A DNA stretch of 63,932 nt, filler included, from Nemertoderma westbladi (lineage: Eukaryota > Animalia > Xenacoelomorpha): the NCBI GenBank assembly GCA_032718475.1. It is 3 parts of 3 records of this genome, joined end to end, with 100 filler letters (N's around TTAATTAATTAA, not from the genome) between each part and the next. Parts side by side here need not be neighbours in the genome. Positions count along the whole stretch, not along the records: positions 18,664 to 49,078 come from JAUCBJ010005257.1; positions 49,179 to 63,932 come from JAUCBJ010001229.1; 1 more part is not named here. One strand, written 5' to 3'. The notes beneath the pieces were generated by a model. The model saw nothing but the letters and a program-made list of their open reading frames with translations, did not search any database and was not told the DNA's origin. The position numbers were made by a program, and so were the translations under genes. Below are positions 39,240 through 49,965 of the stretch, piece by piece; within the stretch, counting starts at the first letter, position 1; every line of letters starts with the position of its first letter.

Positions 39240-40030
39240 GCCACGCAGTAAAGGCGGGCCTTGGCGCACAATTATAATTAGTAAATAAGGCAAAATTTCA
39301 TGTCCGTCTGTCTGTCTGTCTGACGGTCTGTCTGTAATGAAAAATTCATTCGTAAATAACTTTTGAAGATTTTAACCATTTTCAACATTGAAGTTACGGG
39401 CAAATACCTCTCGAACTTTTGACTCCAGATCAAATCGAACTTGCTCAATTTCGCGTGCTGCGCGACGCCCCACGAACGTGGTAATTTATGGTTTAATTTT
39501 TGTCCTAAACACCTTACTTTGTGCTCTTTATTAGTTGCTGAGTTTATATCGTGACCATAGAGCCAGAACAACAAATACCACAATTTTTCAAAATTACTCA
39601 AGATGGCGTTCTACATCTTATGTTAGAATCCTAGACTTGTATGTCAGTCCGTTTAGGAGATATGGAAAACCAGAACAACCCTCACAACATAAAAGTTGAA
39701 AACCGTTAGAGGTAAAACAACACACACAGACTAGAGTTAATGTTAAATTTCAGTTTGTGTTGTTTTGCCTCTTTGGAAAATAACGAAAAAAACAGTTTTT
39801 TTCATTAACAAAATTCATTCTGAATGCTAGCCACTATTATAAAATGTGTCATTGTATCTTCCCAGACCTCTGTCGAAAATATTAGGAGACGGGATACATA
39901 TAGAGGGAAATGAGAAGGTTTTTTCATTTTTCTCGAAACCACAATTTTTGGTGAGTGTTGTTCTGGCTCTTTGGTTACGATATAATCTGTTCTCTTTAGT
40001 TCCCATTTTTGACGGTCATTCAATAATTAT
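39240..40030. mobile_element. Probable Helitron/Helentron-type non-autonomous element in TTF2 intron 2
   Basis: (gtct)n microsatellite followed by a taacttt motif, an arrangement resembling DINE-1-like elements; boundaries uncertain. Confidence 0.4.
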
Positions 40031-40172
40031 TGGCTCTACTTAGTCTGCCTGTAGTGCTAATGTTGTTTCGGTAACTTACCTGAACTGAAGGCCTCTACTA
40101 GAGGCAGAAAGCTTGTAACTGTCACTTTATCTTTTGTTTGTGGGGGTCTGCCTTTCTGTATGTATCTTTCTA

Positions 40173-43100
40173 TGTTTGTATCTGTTTGTTTTAGGTAATG
40201 CTTGTATCTGTTTGTTTTAGGTAATGTTTGTATCTGTTTGTTTTAGGTAATGCTTGTATCTGTTTGTTTTAGGTAATGCTTGTATCTGTTTGTTTTAGGT
40301 AATGCTTGTATCTGTTTGTTTTAGGTAATGTTTGTATCTGTTTGTTTTAGGTAATGCTTGTATCTGTTTGTTTTAGGTAATGCTTGTATCTGTTTGTTTT
40401 AGGTAATGCTTGTATCTGTTTGTTTTAGGTAATGCTTGTATCTGTTTGTTTTAGGTAATGCTTGTATCTGTTTGTTTTAGGTAATGTTTGTATCTGTTTG
40501 TTTTAGGTAATGCTTGTATCTGTTTGTTTTAGGTAATGTTTGTATCTGTTTGTTTTAGGTAATGCTTGTATCTGTTTGTTTTAGGTAATGCTTGTATCTG
40601 TTTGTTTTAGGTAATGCTTGTATCTGTTTGTTTTAGGTAATGCTTGTATCTGTTTGTTTTAGGTAATGCTTGTATCTGTTTGTTTTAGGTAATGTTTGTA
40701 TCTGTTTGTTTTAGGTAATGTTTGTATCTGTTTGTTTTAGGTAATGCTTGTATCTGTTTGTTTTAGGTAATGCTTGTATCTGTTTTAGGTAATGCTTGTA
40801 TCTGTTTGTTTTAGGTAATGCTTGTATCTGTTTGTTTTAGGTAATGCTTGTATCTGTTTTAGGTAATGCTTGTATCTGTTTGTTTTAGGTAATGCTTGTA
40901 TCTGTTTGTTTTAGGTAATGTTTGTATCTGTTTGTTTTAGGTAATGCTTGTTTCTGTTTGTTTTAGGTAATGTTTGTATCTGTTTGTTTTAGGTAATGCT
41001 TGTATCTGTTTGTTTTAGGTAATGTTTGTATCTGTTTGTTTTAGGTAATGTTTGTATCTGTTTGTTTTAGGTAATGCTTGTATCTGTTTTAGGTAATGCT
41101 CGTATCTGTTTGTTTGAGGTAATGCTTGTATCTGTTTGTTTTAGGTAATGCTTGTATCTGTTTTAGGTAATGCTTGTATCTGTTTTAGGTAATGCTTGTA
41201 TCTGTTTGTTTTAGGTAATGCTTGTATCTGTTTGTTTTAGGTAATGCTTGTATCTGTTTTAGGTAATGCTTGTATCTGTTTGTTTTAGGTAATGCTTGTA
41301 TCTGTTTGTTTTAGGTAATGCTTGTATCTGTTTGTTTTAGGTAATGCTTGTATCTGTTTGTTTTAGGTAATGCTTGTATCTGTTTTAGGTAATGCTTGTA
41401 TCTGTTTGTTTTAGGTAATGCTTGTATCTGTTTGTTTTAGGTAATGCTTGTATCTGTTTGTTTTAGGTAATGTTTGTATCTGTTTGTTTTAGGTAATGTT
41501 TGTATCTGTTTGTTTTAGGTAATGTTTGTATCTGTTTGTTTTAGGTAATGTTTGTATCTGTTTGTTTTAGGTAATGCTTGTTTCTGTTTGTTTTAGGTAA
41601 TGTTTGTATCTGTTTGTTTTAGGTAATGCTTGTATCTGTTTGTTTTAGGTAATGCTTGTATCTGTTTGTTTTAGGTAATGCTTGTATCTGTTTGTTTTAG
41701 GTAATGTTTGTATCTGTTTGTTTTAGGTAATGCTTGTATCTGTTTGTTTTAGGTAATGCTTGTATCTGTTTGTTTTAGGTAATGCTTGTATCTGTTTTAG
41801 GTAATGCTTGTATCTGTTTGTTTTGGGTAATGCTTGTATCTGTTTGTTTTAGGTAATGCTTGTATCTGTTTTAGGTAATGCTTGTATCTGTTTGTTTTAG
41901 GTAATGCTTGTATCTGTTTGTTTTAGGTAATGTTTGTATCTGTTTGTTTTAGGTAATGCTTGTTTCTGTTTGTTTTAGGTAATGTTTGTATCTGTTTGTT
42001 TTAGGTAATGCTTGTATCTGTTTGTTTTAGGTAATGTTTGTATCTGTTTGTTTTAGGTAATGTTTGTATCTGTTTGTTTTAGGTAATGCTTGTATCTGTT
42101 TTAGGTAATGCTTGTATCTGTTTGTTTGAGGTAATGCTTGTATCTGTTTGTTTTAGGTAATGCTTGTATCTGTTTTAGGTAATGCTTGTATCTGTTTGTT
42201 TTAGGTAATGCTTGTATCTGTTTGTTTTAGGTAATGCTTGTATCTGTTTGTTTTAGGTAATGCTTGTATCTGTTTGTTTTAGGTAATGCTTGTATCTGTT
42301 TTAGGTAATGCTTGTATCTGTTTGTTTTAGGTAATGCTTGTATCTGTTTGTTTTAGGTAATGCTTGTATCTGTTTGTTTTAGGTAATGTTTGTATCTGTT
42401 TGTTTTAGGTAATGTTTGTATCTGTTTGTTTTAGGTAATGTTTGTATCTGTTTGTTTTAGGTAATGTTTGTATCTGTTTGTTTTAGGTAATGCTTGTTTC
42501 TGTTTGTTTTAGGTAATGTTTGTATCTGTTTGTTTTAGGTAATGCTTGTATCTGTTTGTTTTAGGTAATGCTTGTATCTGTTTTAGGTAATGCTTGTATC
42601 TGTTTGTTTTAGGTAATGCTTGTATCTGTTTGTTTTAGGTAATGCTTGTATCTGTTTTAGGTAATGCTTGTATCTGTTTGTTTTAGGTAATGCTTGTATC
42701 TGTTTGTTTTAGGTAATGTTTGTATCTGTTTGTTTTAGGTAATGCTTGTTTCTGTTTGTTTTAGGTAATGTTTGTATCTGTTTGTTTTAGGTAATGCTTG
42801 TATCTGTTTGTTTTAGGTAATGCTTGTATCTGTTTTAGGTAATGCTTGTATCTGTTTGTTTTAGGTAATGCTTGTATCTGTTTGTTTTAGGTAATGCTTG
42901 TATCTGTTTGTTTTAGGTAATGTTTGTATCTGTTTGTTTTAGGTAATGTTTGTATCTGTTTGTTTTAGGTAATGTTTGTATCTGTTTGTTTTAGGTAATG
43001 TTTGTATCTGTTTGTTTTAGGTAATGCTTGTATCTGTTTGTTTTAGGTAATGCTTGTATCTGTTTGTTTTAGGTAATGCTTGTATCTGTTTGTTTTAGGT

Positions 43101-44223
43101 AATGCTTGTATCTGTTTGTTTTAGGTAATGCTTGTATCTGTTTGTTTTAGGTAATGTTTGTATCTGTTTGTTTTAGGTAATGCTTGTATCTGTTTGTTTT
43201 AGGTAATGCTTGTATCTGTTTGTTTTAGGTAATGCTTGTATCTGTTTGTTTTAGGTAATGTTTGTATCTGTTTGTTTTAGGTAATGTTTGTATCTGTTTG
43301 TTTTAGGTAATGTTTGTATCTGTTTGTTTTAGGTAATGCTTGTATCTGTTTGTTTTAGGTAATGCTTGTATCTGTTTTAGGTAATGCTTGTATCTGTTTG
43401 TTTTAGGTAATGCTTGTATCTGTTTGTTTTAGGTAATGCTTGTATCTGTTTGTTTTAGGTAATGCTTGTATCTGTTTGTTTTAGGTAATGCTTGTATCTG
43501 TTTGTTTTAGGTAATGTTTGTATCTGTTTGTTTTAGGTAATGTTTGTATCTGTTTGTTTTAGGTAATGTTTGTATCTGTTTGTTTTAGGTAATGCTTGTA
43601 TCTGTTTGTTTTAGGTAATGTTTGTATCTGTTTGTTTTAGGTAATGCTTGTATCTGTTTGTTTTAGGTAATGTTTGTATCTGTTTGTTTTAGGTAATGCT
43701 TGTATCTGTTTGTTTTAGGTAATGCTTGTATCTGTTTGTTTTAGGTAATGCTTGTATCTGTTTTAGGTAATGCTTGTATCTGTTTGTTTTGGGTAATGCT
43801 TGTATCTGTTTGTTTTAGGTAATGCTTGTATCTGTTTGTTTTAGGTAATGCTTGTATCTGTTTGTTTTAGGTAATGTTTGTATCTGTTTGTTTTAGGTAA
43901 TGCTTGTATCTGTTTGTTTTAGGTAATGTTTGTATCTGTTTGTTTTAGGTAATGCTTGTATCTGTTTGTTTTAGGTAATGTTTGTATCTGTTTGTTTTAG
44001 GTAATGTTTGTATCTGTTTGTTTTAGGTAATGCTTGTATCTGTTTGTTTTAGGTAATGTTTGTATCTGTTTGTTTTAGGTAATGCTTGTATCTGTTTGTT
44101 TTAGGTAATGCTTGTATCTGTTTGTTTTAGGTAGTGCTTGTATCTGTTTGTTTTAGGTAATGCTTGTATCTGTTTGTTTTAGGTAATGTTTGTATCTGTT
44201 TGTTTTAGGTAATGCTTGTATCT
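40173..44223 (+). repeat. 26-bp (some 22-bp) tandem array, about 155-160 units, copying the TTF2 intron 2 acceptor plus exon 3 start
   Basis: Unit gtaatgcttgtatctgtttgttttag; the last copy is the real junction tgtttgttttag|GTAATGCTTGTATCTCTAAAG at 44208/44209. Confidence 0.97.
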
Positions 44224-44366
44224 CTAAAGGCTGGTGGCGTTGGAGTTAATCTCATTGGCGGTAGTCATTTATTTCTCACTGATATGCATTGGAACCCCCA
44301 ACTGGAGGAACAGGCCTGTGATAGAATATACCGAGTGGGTCAGACGAGGGAAGTTTTCATTCACAG
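44209..44366 (+). CDS. TTF2: TTF2 exon 3
   Basis: [45 protein letters not shown] (helicase motifs V and VI); phase-0 start; donor AG|GTGGGT in phase 2. Confidence 0.93.
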
Positions 44367-45006
44367 GTGGGTTTATGTTTTATTTAATACCCCGTTCGTC
44401 TGTTAATCCGCGCAGATAATGGGCGCAAAGTTATACGTCATTCCTATAAATAGAAACATGTTGAATGTTATTAATACAACGCCTAATGGAAGTCAGTTGA
44501 AATAACTTTCCTTAAAGGTAAACACAATTAATTACAACGTGTGTCGCCCCCTAATGGAAGTCTGTTGAAATAACTTTCCTTAAAGGTAAACACAATTACG
44601 TCTTATACCCCATTAACTACAAAAAAATAATAGAATTAGGACCCTCTAAAACCCCCGCCATACACTAAATGATACCGGTAATAAACTGCACGAAAGCTAA
44701 GTCTATATTCTATAAGAAAATATATGACAATTTTGTCGCCGGGAAAGGGGGTCTAGGACAAAAATAATTAATTTGTGAAAAAATGTTATCTTCTTCTTTC
44801 AATATCTGGCCAAGCATTTTTCATATTATAAATTATGCGTTCAATCACTCAGTCGAACATGTTGCTTTTAAGATAGATTTCTTAGGCGAATACGCATCTA
44901 TCCGAGGGCTTTGTTACACTTTGTGGCTAGCTCCGTACGAAATGTTTAATACTTAATGGAATTTTACTAACTTTCAGTTTTCAGTAATTAAATGAAATTC
45001 TTATAG

Positions 45007-45151
45007 ATTCGTTGTTACTGACACTGTGGAGGAGAAAATACTGCAACTTCAGCAGAAGAAGATGGATTTAGCTAGTGGAGTTCTATCAGGTTCCAAAGTT
45101 ACCGCACATAAACTGTCGTTACAAGACTTGCGGTTATTGTTTGGTGTCTAA
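45007..45151 (+). CDS. TTF2: TTF2 exon 4 (terminal; absent from the ORF track)
   Basis: Acceptor ttcttatag|; (R)[47 protein letters not shown] matches the TTF2 C-terminus; the four exons total 2916 nt (971 aa). Confidence 0.92.
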
Positions 45152-45449
45152 TTCATTCTAAAACTATTTAATTTCCTCTAGAATATCGTTGTTTCCTTGG
45201 TTACCATATGCAATATTTAAATGATTTTGTGCTAATAATGTTATATTTTCTTAAAAAAAAAACTTTGAATTCATATAAAATCAAAATTTAACGGGACACT
45301 GGCAATAAGACATCAATAACCGGAATCGCAAATGCCGGAATATTCCGGCCGGAACTGAAATTTTCATAACATAAAGCCTGGGTCTCATACGATCCAGGAA
45401 ATAGACATTACGGCTTACATTTTATTGCTTTAATATTTTATTTGCAACA

Positions 45450-47800
45450 TTCAGTCATTATTACAATAATTATTGTTTACAAATAAAAAGATAGGTTTTC
45501 CATCGGTAGGATACGGGAAACCCTAGCCTCACAGTTAGAGAGAATGTTACCGATTATTGGAGTGGACGATGCACGTAATCGCTTAAAAAGACTGCCGATT
45601 GCAACTGCACGAATATGTATAAAAGTTGGAATTCCAAATTTGCTACACGTAAGAGAGATATTGTTTGGCTAATGGTTCGTCATTCTGGGAATTTTGAAAA
45701 GCATCCTAATACTGTTATTGTAATCTACTTGTACTTTACAGAATACACGATCTGAAAATTTGAATCTAGACCAAACAGCATTTCAATATAAAGATGAACA
45801 AAACGCTTTAAAAACTTTAATTTTAACTGAAAGTGAACAAGAACCGAATTCCCTAACGAGTGTATTACACCGTGCGTATAGGGTGGCAGTCTGACGCTTT
45901 ATATCAAAATCATCATCAGTTGTTAAGTGAAATACGTGGCCTAAGTAAATATATTTATCTACAATATCCAAGTACTCACTATTAATATAAACTTTAATTG
46001 GTATAACTGCACAATTCTTTGGTAAAAAATATATACTGTTCGATTTTTTCAAATTAAATAACATCGAATTAGTACCCGCGAATTCAACACAAATATTAAT
46101 AAAATGTTGTAACCCAAATACACCATGTCCTGGAATATAGTGTCGTTATTCTGGTACATATGCCCCCCCCCCCCCCAATTTTTTTCTACAAATCTTAATG
46201 AGATTGCATAAAATTTGAAACAGAGATAGTTTCAACTCCCTCCTCCTTACTGGATGAGCCAGAATTTTTATTTTCTCTTTCGTTCTTTAGCTACAAACTT
46301 TAAAAAAAAAAGGTGTCTCCGGTGATATATTGCACCAGTTACAACAGTTATTCTTCAACCTTATAGTGATTTGTAGATACTAGTGGAAAGCTGGTCGCGC
46401 AAGGATTCCAAATATGTAAAAATATTTAAATTTGGTTGGGAAATAGCTGAGCTATGGACATTCGAGTGTTGCATGTATGTGCTTCTGCTGCTGCCCATAT
46501 TTATTATATTTAATAAATAGACAATGTTCTAGAACATTTTGCATATGTAGGATTATCCATATACTAGTATTGTATTATCCATGGACTTCTAGAATGTGAT
46601 TTATATTTATGTTATTTATAGGTATAAATTAATATTCTAGAAGTCCATGTATTATCATGTAGGCATTGGATTGTTGCCAAGCTACTTATGAGATAATTAA
46701 AGATAAGATAATTGAGATTATTAAAGCGCTATTTCCCAACCAAAATCAAATATTTTTACATATTTTGAATCCTTGCGCGACCAGCTTTCCATTAGTACCT
46801 ATAAATCACTAGAAGAATAACTATGGTGTATCTGGTGTACTATCGCTAGAGACACTTTTTTAAACGTTTGTAGCTAAAGAACGAAAGCGGAAATAAAAAT
46901 TTTGGCTCACCCAGCTAGGAGGAGGGAGGTGAAACTATCTCTGTTTCATTTTTTAGATTTAGATCTCAGATTTTTAAAACAAATTGGGGGGGGGGGGGGG
47001 GGGGGGGGCATGTACCAGAATATCGACACCATATTCCAGGACATGGTGTAATGAGTGAGAAAATAACCCTTAATCATCAGCGTAACCTAAGTGATTGGTT
47101 CGTTGACTACCAATACGGCACCCGGTATCCGAATTATTTAAGGCCATGCTTAAGTCGTCAATGTAAATATTAAACAGAAAACGGCTCAACAAACCACCCT
47201 GTTTCGTACCATTGGTAACAAAAAAATTATCACAAATACAAGCACCCCATGATACATAAAGTATCTGATGACGATTACAATAAGCTATCAACCTAACCAT
47301 GATTGGTGTAGTACCAATATTAATTAACTTATTGAATAATATAAAATGGTTTACCCTGTCAAACGCTTTGCTTGCATCAAGCATACAGCAATAAACTGGT
47401 GTGTCGTTCTCTAAATAAAAGTTTACAAATTTTTTAAAAGCATAAATACAAAACTCCGTACCAGAGTTACTCTTAAAACCAAATTGGTTATCACTTGTGA
47501 TTAAATATATCTTAATACGACAGATAATAATTATTTCCAATATCTTAGATATACTAATACTGATCGCAATACCTCTATAATTGTCCATGTTAGTAACATC
47601 GCCCGTTTTATCCTTAATTAATGGAATAATCTTAGCTTCAATAATACTATCAGGTACGAACCCGTGAATAATACATAAATTAAATAATTGCGTTAAAAAT
47701 GTACATAATAAATAACTACAACTGTACTTAAAATGTTCAGCAGATGTACCAACAGCTTTACCAACTTTTAAGCTCGATATTGCCTCCATAGTGTAATATG
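45450..47800 (-). mobile_element. Non-LTR retrotransposon RT region, split by a MITE
   Basis: NYRGIAI, NQFGFK, LDASKAFDRV, GTKQGGLLS and YADD in ORF 47070-47852; continues as YIYLGH...KIKVFKAFC in 45783-46064. Confidence 0.88.
46121..47048. mobile_element. 928-bp foldback MITE with TA target duplication (Tc1/mariner-like)
   Basis: ta|caccatgtcctggaatat...atattccaggacatggtg|ta; the inverted similarity extends inward for several hundred bp. Confidence 0.9.
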
Positions 47801-48250
47801 GAATCGCATTGTAACAATTAACAAAGAATGCAATAGGGCCTTCGCGCAGCACGTGACTTAAATTTAATTTAAGTACTAATTCGAAAGTATTACTGTATTA
47901 GGATATTATTGGAATGTGGTGTGGAATGTTAGGAATGTATATGAATCAGCAGTCCGGTAGAGGTTTACATATTTAAAAGAACTGCCGAAATATAAGTTAT
48001 ATGAGTATTATTTGTTATGATTTCTACCATTATATTCTTCCACGCAAAGTTCCTAGTCCTATAGGTCCAATCAAAACATTCTGTATATTGCCAATGGTTC
48101 AACGTAATCAAAGAGACGACGCTAGACACGCACGCAGCCAATCCCAGTGAAAAATGCACGCAAATAAGTAGTCATAAGTGATAATTCTAGAAAGGCTTTT
48201 CTGCGAATGTAGGCTATTGTGTAATTCATTTCAGTACCGGTCTGCCTAAC

Positions 48251-48534
48251 TGTCTGCACCAGGTGTCTGCACCAGGTGTCTGCACCAGGTGTCTGCACCA
48301 GGTGTCTGCACCAGGTGTCTGCACTAGGTGTCTGCACCAGGTGTCTGCACCAGGTGTCTGCACCAGGTGTCTGCACCAGGTGTCTGCACCCACCAGGTGT
48401 CTGCACCAGGTGTCTGCACCAGGTGTCTGCACCAGGTGTCTGCACCAGGTGTCTGCACCAGGTGTCTGCACCAGGTGTCTGCACCAGTTGTCTGCACCAG
48501 GTGTCTGCACCAGGTGTCTGCACCAGGTGTCTGC
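48251..48534. repeat. 13-bp minisatellite (tgtctgcaccagg)n, about 21 copies
   Basis: Direct tandem repeat followed by tgcttaacgtttacaccc, the same anchor as the repeat at 8-203. Confidence 0.95.
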
Positions 48535-48659
48535 TTAACGTTTACACCCCAATTCCGCTTGGTTTATATCTTGATTATCAATAAAATAGTAACGTGAAAT
48601 ATTTATGGAGCGTATATTTGAGAATGTTGAAATAATGCGTTTAGTAGTGTGACCAGCGT

Positions 48660-49078
48660 CTTGAATTTCCGCTTACCTCTAGCGGCAGACTGGAGAAATG
48701 CAGATCGACCACCTTCCTCAGAAAGACGCAGCATGTGCTCTAGTACATATGCCAATATTCACTTTAAATAAATTAATATCAAGGAATTGGGGACAGTTAT
48801 ACATTTCGCCCTCTAGCGGCAGACTGGAGGACTCCAGACCGTTTACTGCCCACCAAAGACTCAGGCCGACTTCTACTACATATCTGCTACGTTTCAGCTT
48901 GAACGGATCATAAATAACGAGATGGGAGAAAGATTTCACTTTCAAACATTTCGCCCTCTAGCGGCAGACTGAAGAACTGCACACGGATTAGCCTTCAATT
49001 CAATTCAATTCAATTCCTTCTTTCAAAGTCACAGCTAATGGTCTAGTACATATCTGCCAAATTTCAGCTTAAACGGAT
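48660..49078. mobile_element. Fragment of the repeat family also at 62220-63555
   Basis: Shared ccctctagcggcagactggag, aaagtcacagctaatggtct and tttcagcttaaacggat blocks; 47835-47900 also matches 62222-62287. Confidence 0.8.
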
Positions 49079-49178
49079 NNNNNNNNNNNNNNNNNNNNNN
49101 NNNNNNNNNNNNNNNNNNNNNNTTAATTAATTAANNNNNNNNNNNNNNNNNNNNNNNNNNNNNNNNNNNNNNNNNNNN
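49079..49178. other. Assembly gap with synthetic TTAATTAATTAA linker
   Basis: Same 100-bp structure as 18564-18663. Confidence 0.97.
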
Positions 49179-49189
49179 AAATCTATTTT

Positions 49190-49965
49190 TGATTTACACC
49201 TGTTTTTTTGGTGTTTGCAATTAATGGAATTCATATAAATTAATTTAGAAATTTCAAACTTGCAAGGGTGGGCAAATTTTGGTGCCAGCACCAAATTTTT
49301 AAATATGCCAATTTTGTAAATTGATTGTTTGAACCTTTTTTTTTGATACGCAATAGGGGTTTTTTGGGGCTTGTTTTTTTGGGGTTTCGATGGAATATAA
49401 TATACGAGTTGCACCATGCGAATCAAACTTGTATTTTTCGGTGCTGTGTGCTAAATTTGGTGCCAGCACGAAATTTTGAAAATAATTTCAATAGTTCAAT
49501 CGCATGTGACAACTTATTTCTCGCGTTATAGAGGTTTATGGCGGTTCTTAATTCAGTGGATAAATAATTATTTAACTAGATATCTCAAACTTGTGTTTTT
49601 CAGAAGTGGGTGCAAAATTTGGTGCCTAGCACCAAATTTTGAAAACCACCAATTTTATCAATTGATTGTGTCACCTTGTTTCTTACGTTATACAGGTTTG
49701 TGAGGGTTCTGAATTTAATGGAATAAGTAAAAATTGCATAAGAGTTTTCAAACTTGTATCTTTCGCCGGTGGGTGAAAATTGTTGTGCCAGCACCAAATT
49801 TTTGAAAATAAGCAAATTGATTAATAGATATAATCATCTTGTTTCTTGCGTTATACGGGTTTATGGGGTCCTGAATCCGATGGAATCAATAAAAACAGCA
49901 CTGGACATCTCAAACTTGTACTTTTTGGTGATGGGTACGAAATTTGGTGCTATAGCACCAAAATT
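49190..49965. repeat. Diverged tandem units of roughly 170 bp (tcaaacttgt...ggtgccagcaccaaattt)
   Basis: The motif recurs near 49280, 49460, 49620, 49785 and 49945; probably the interior of a transposon. Confidence 0.65.
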
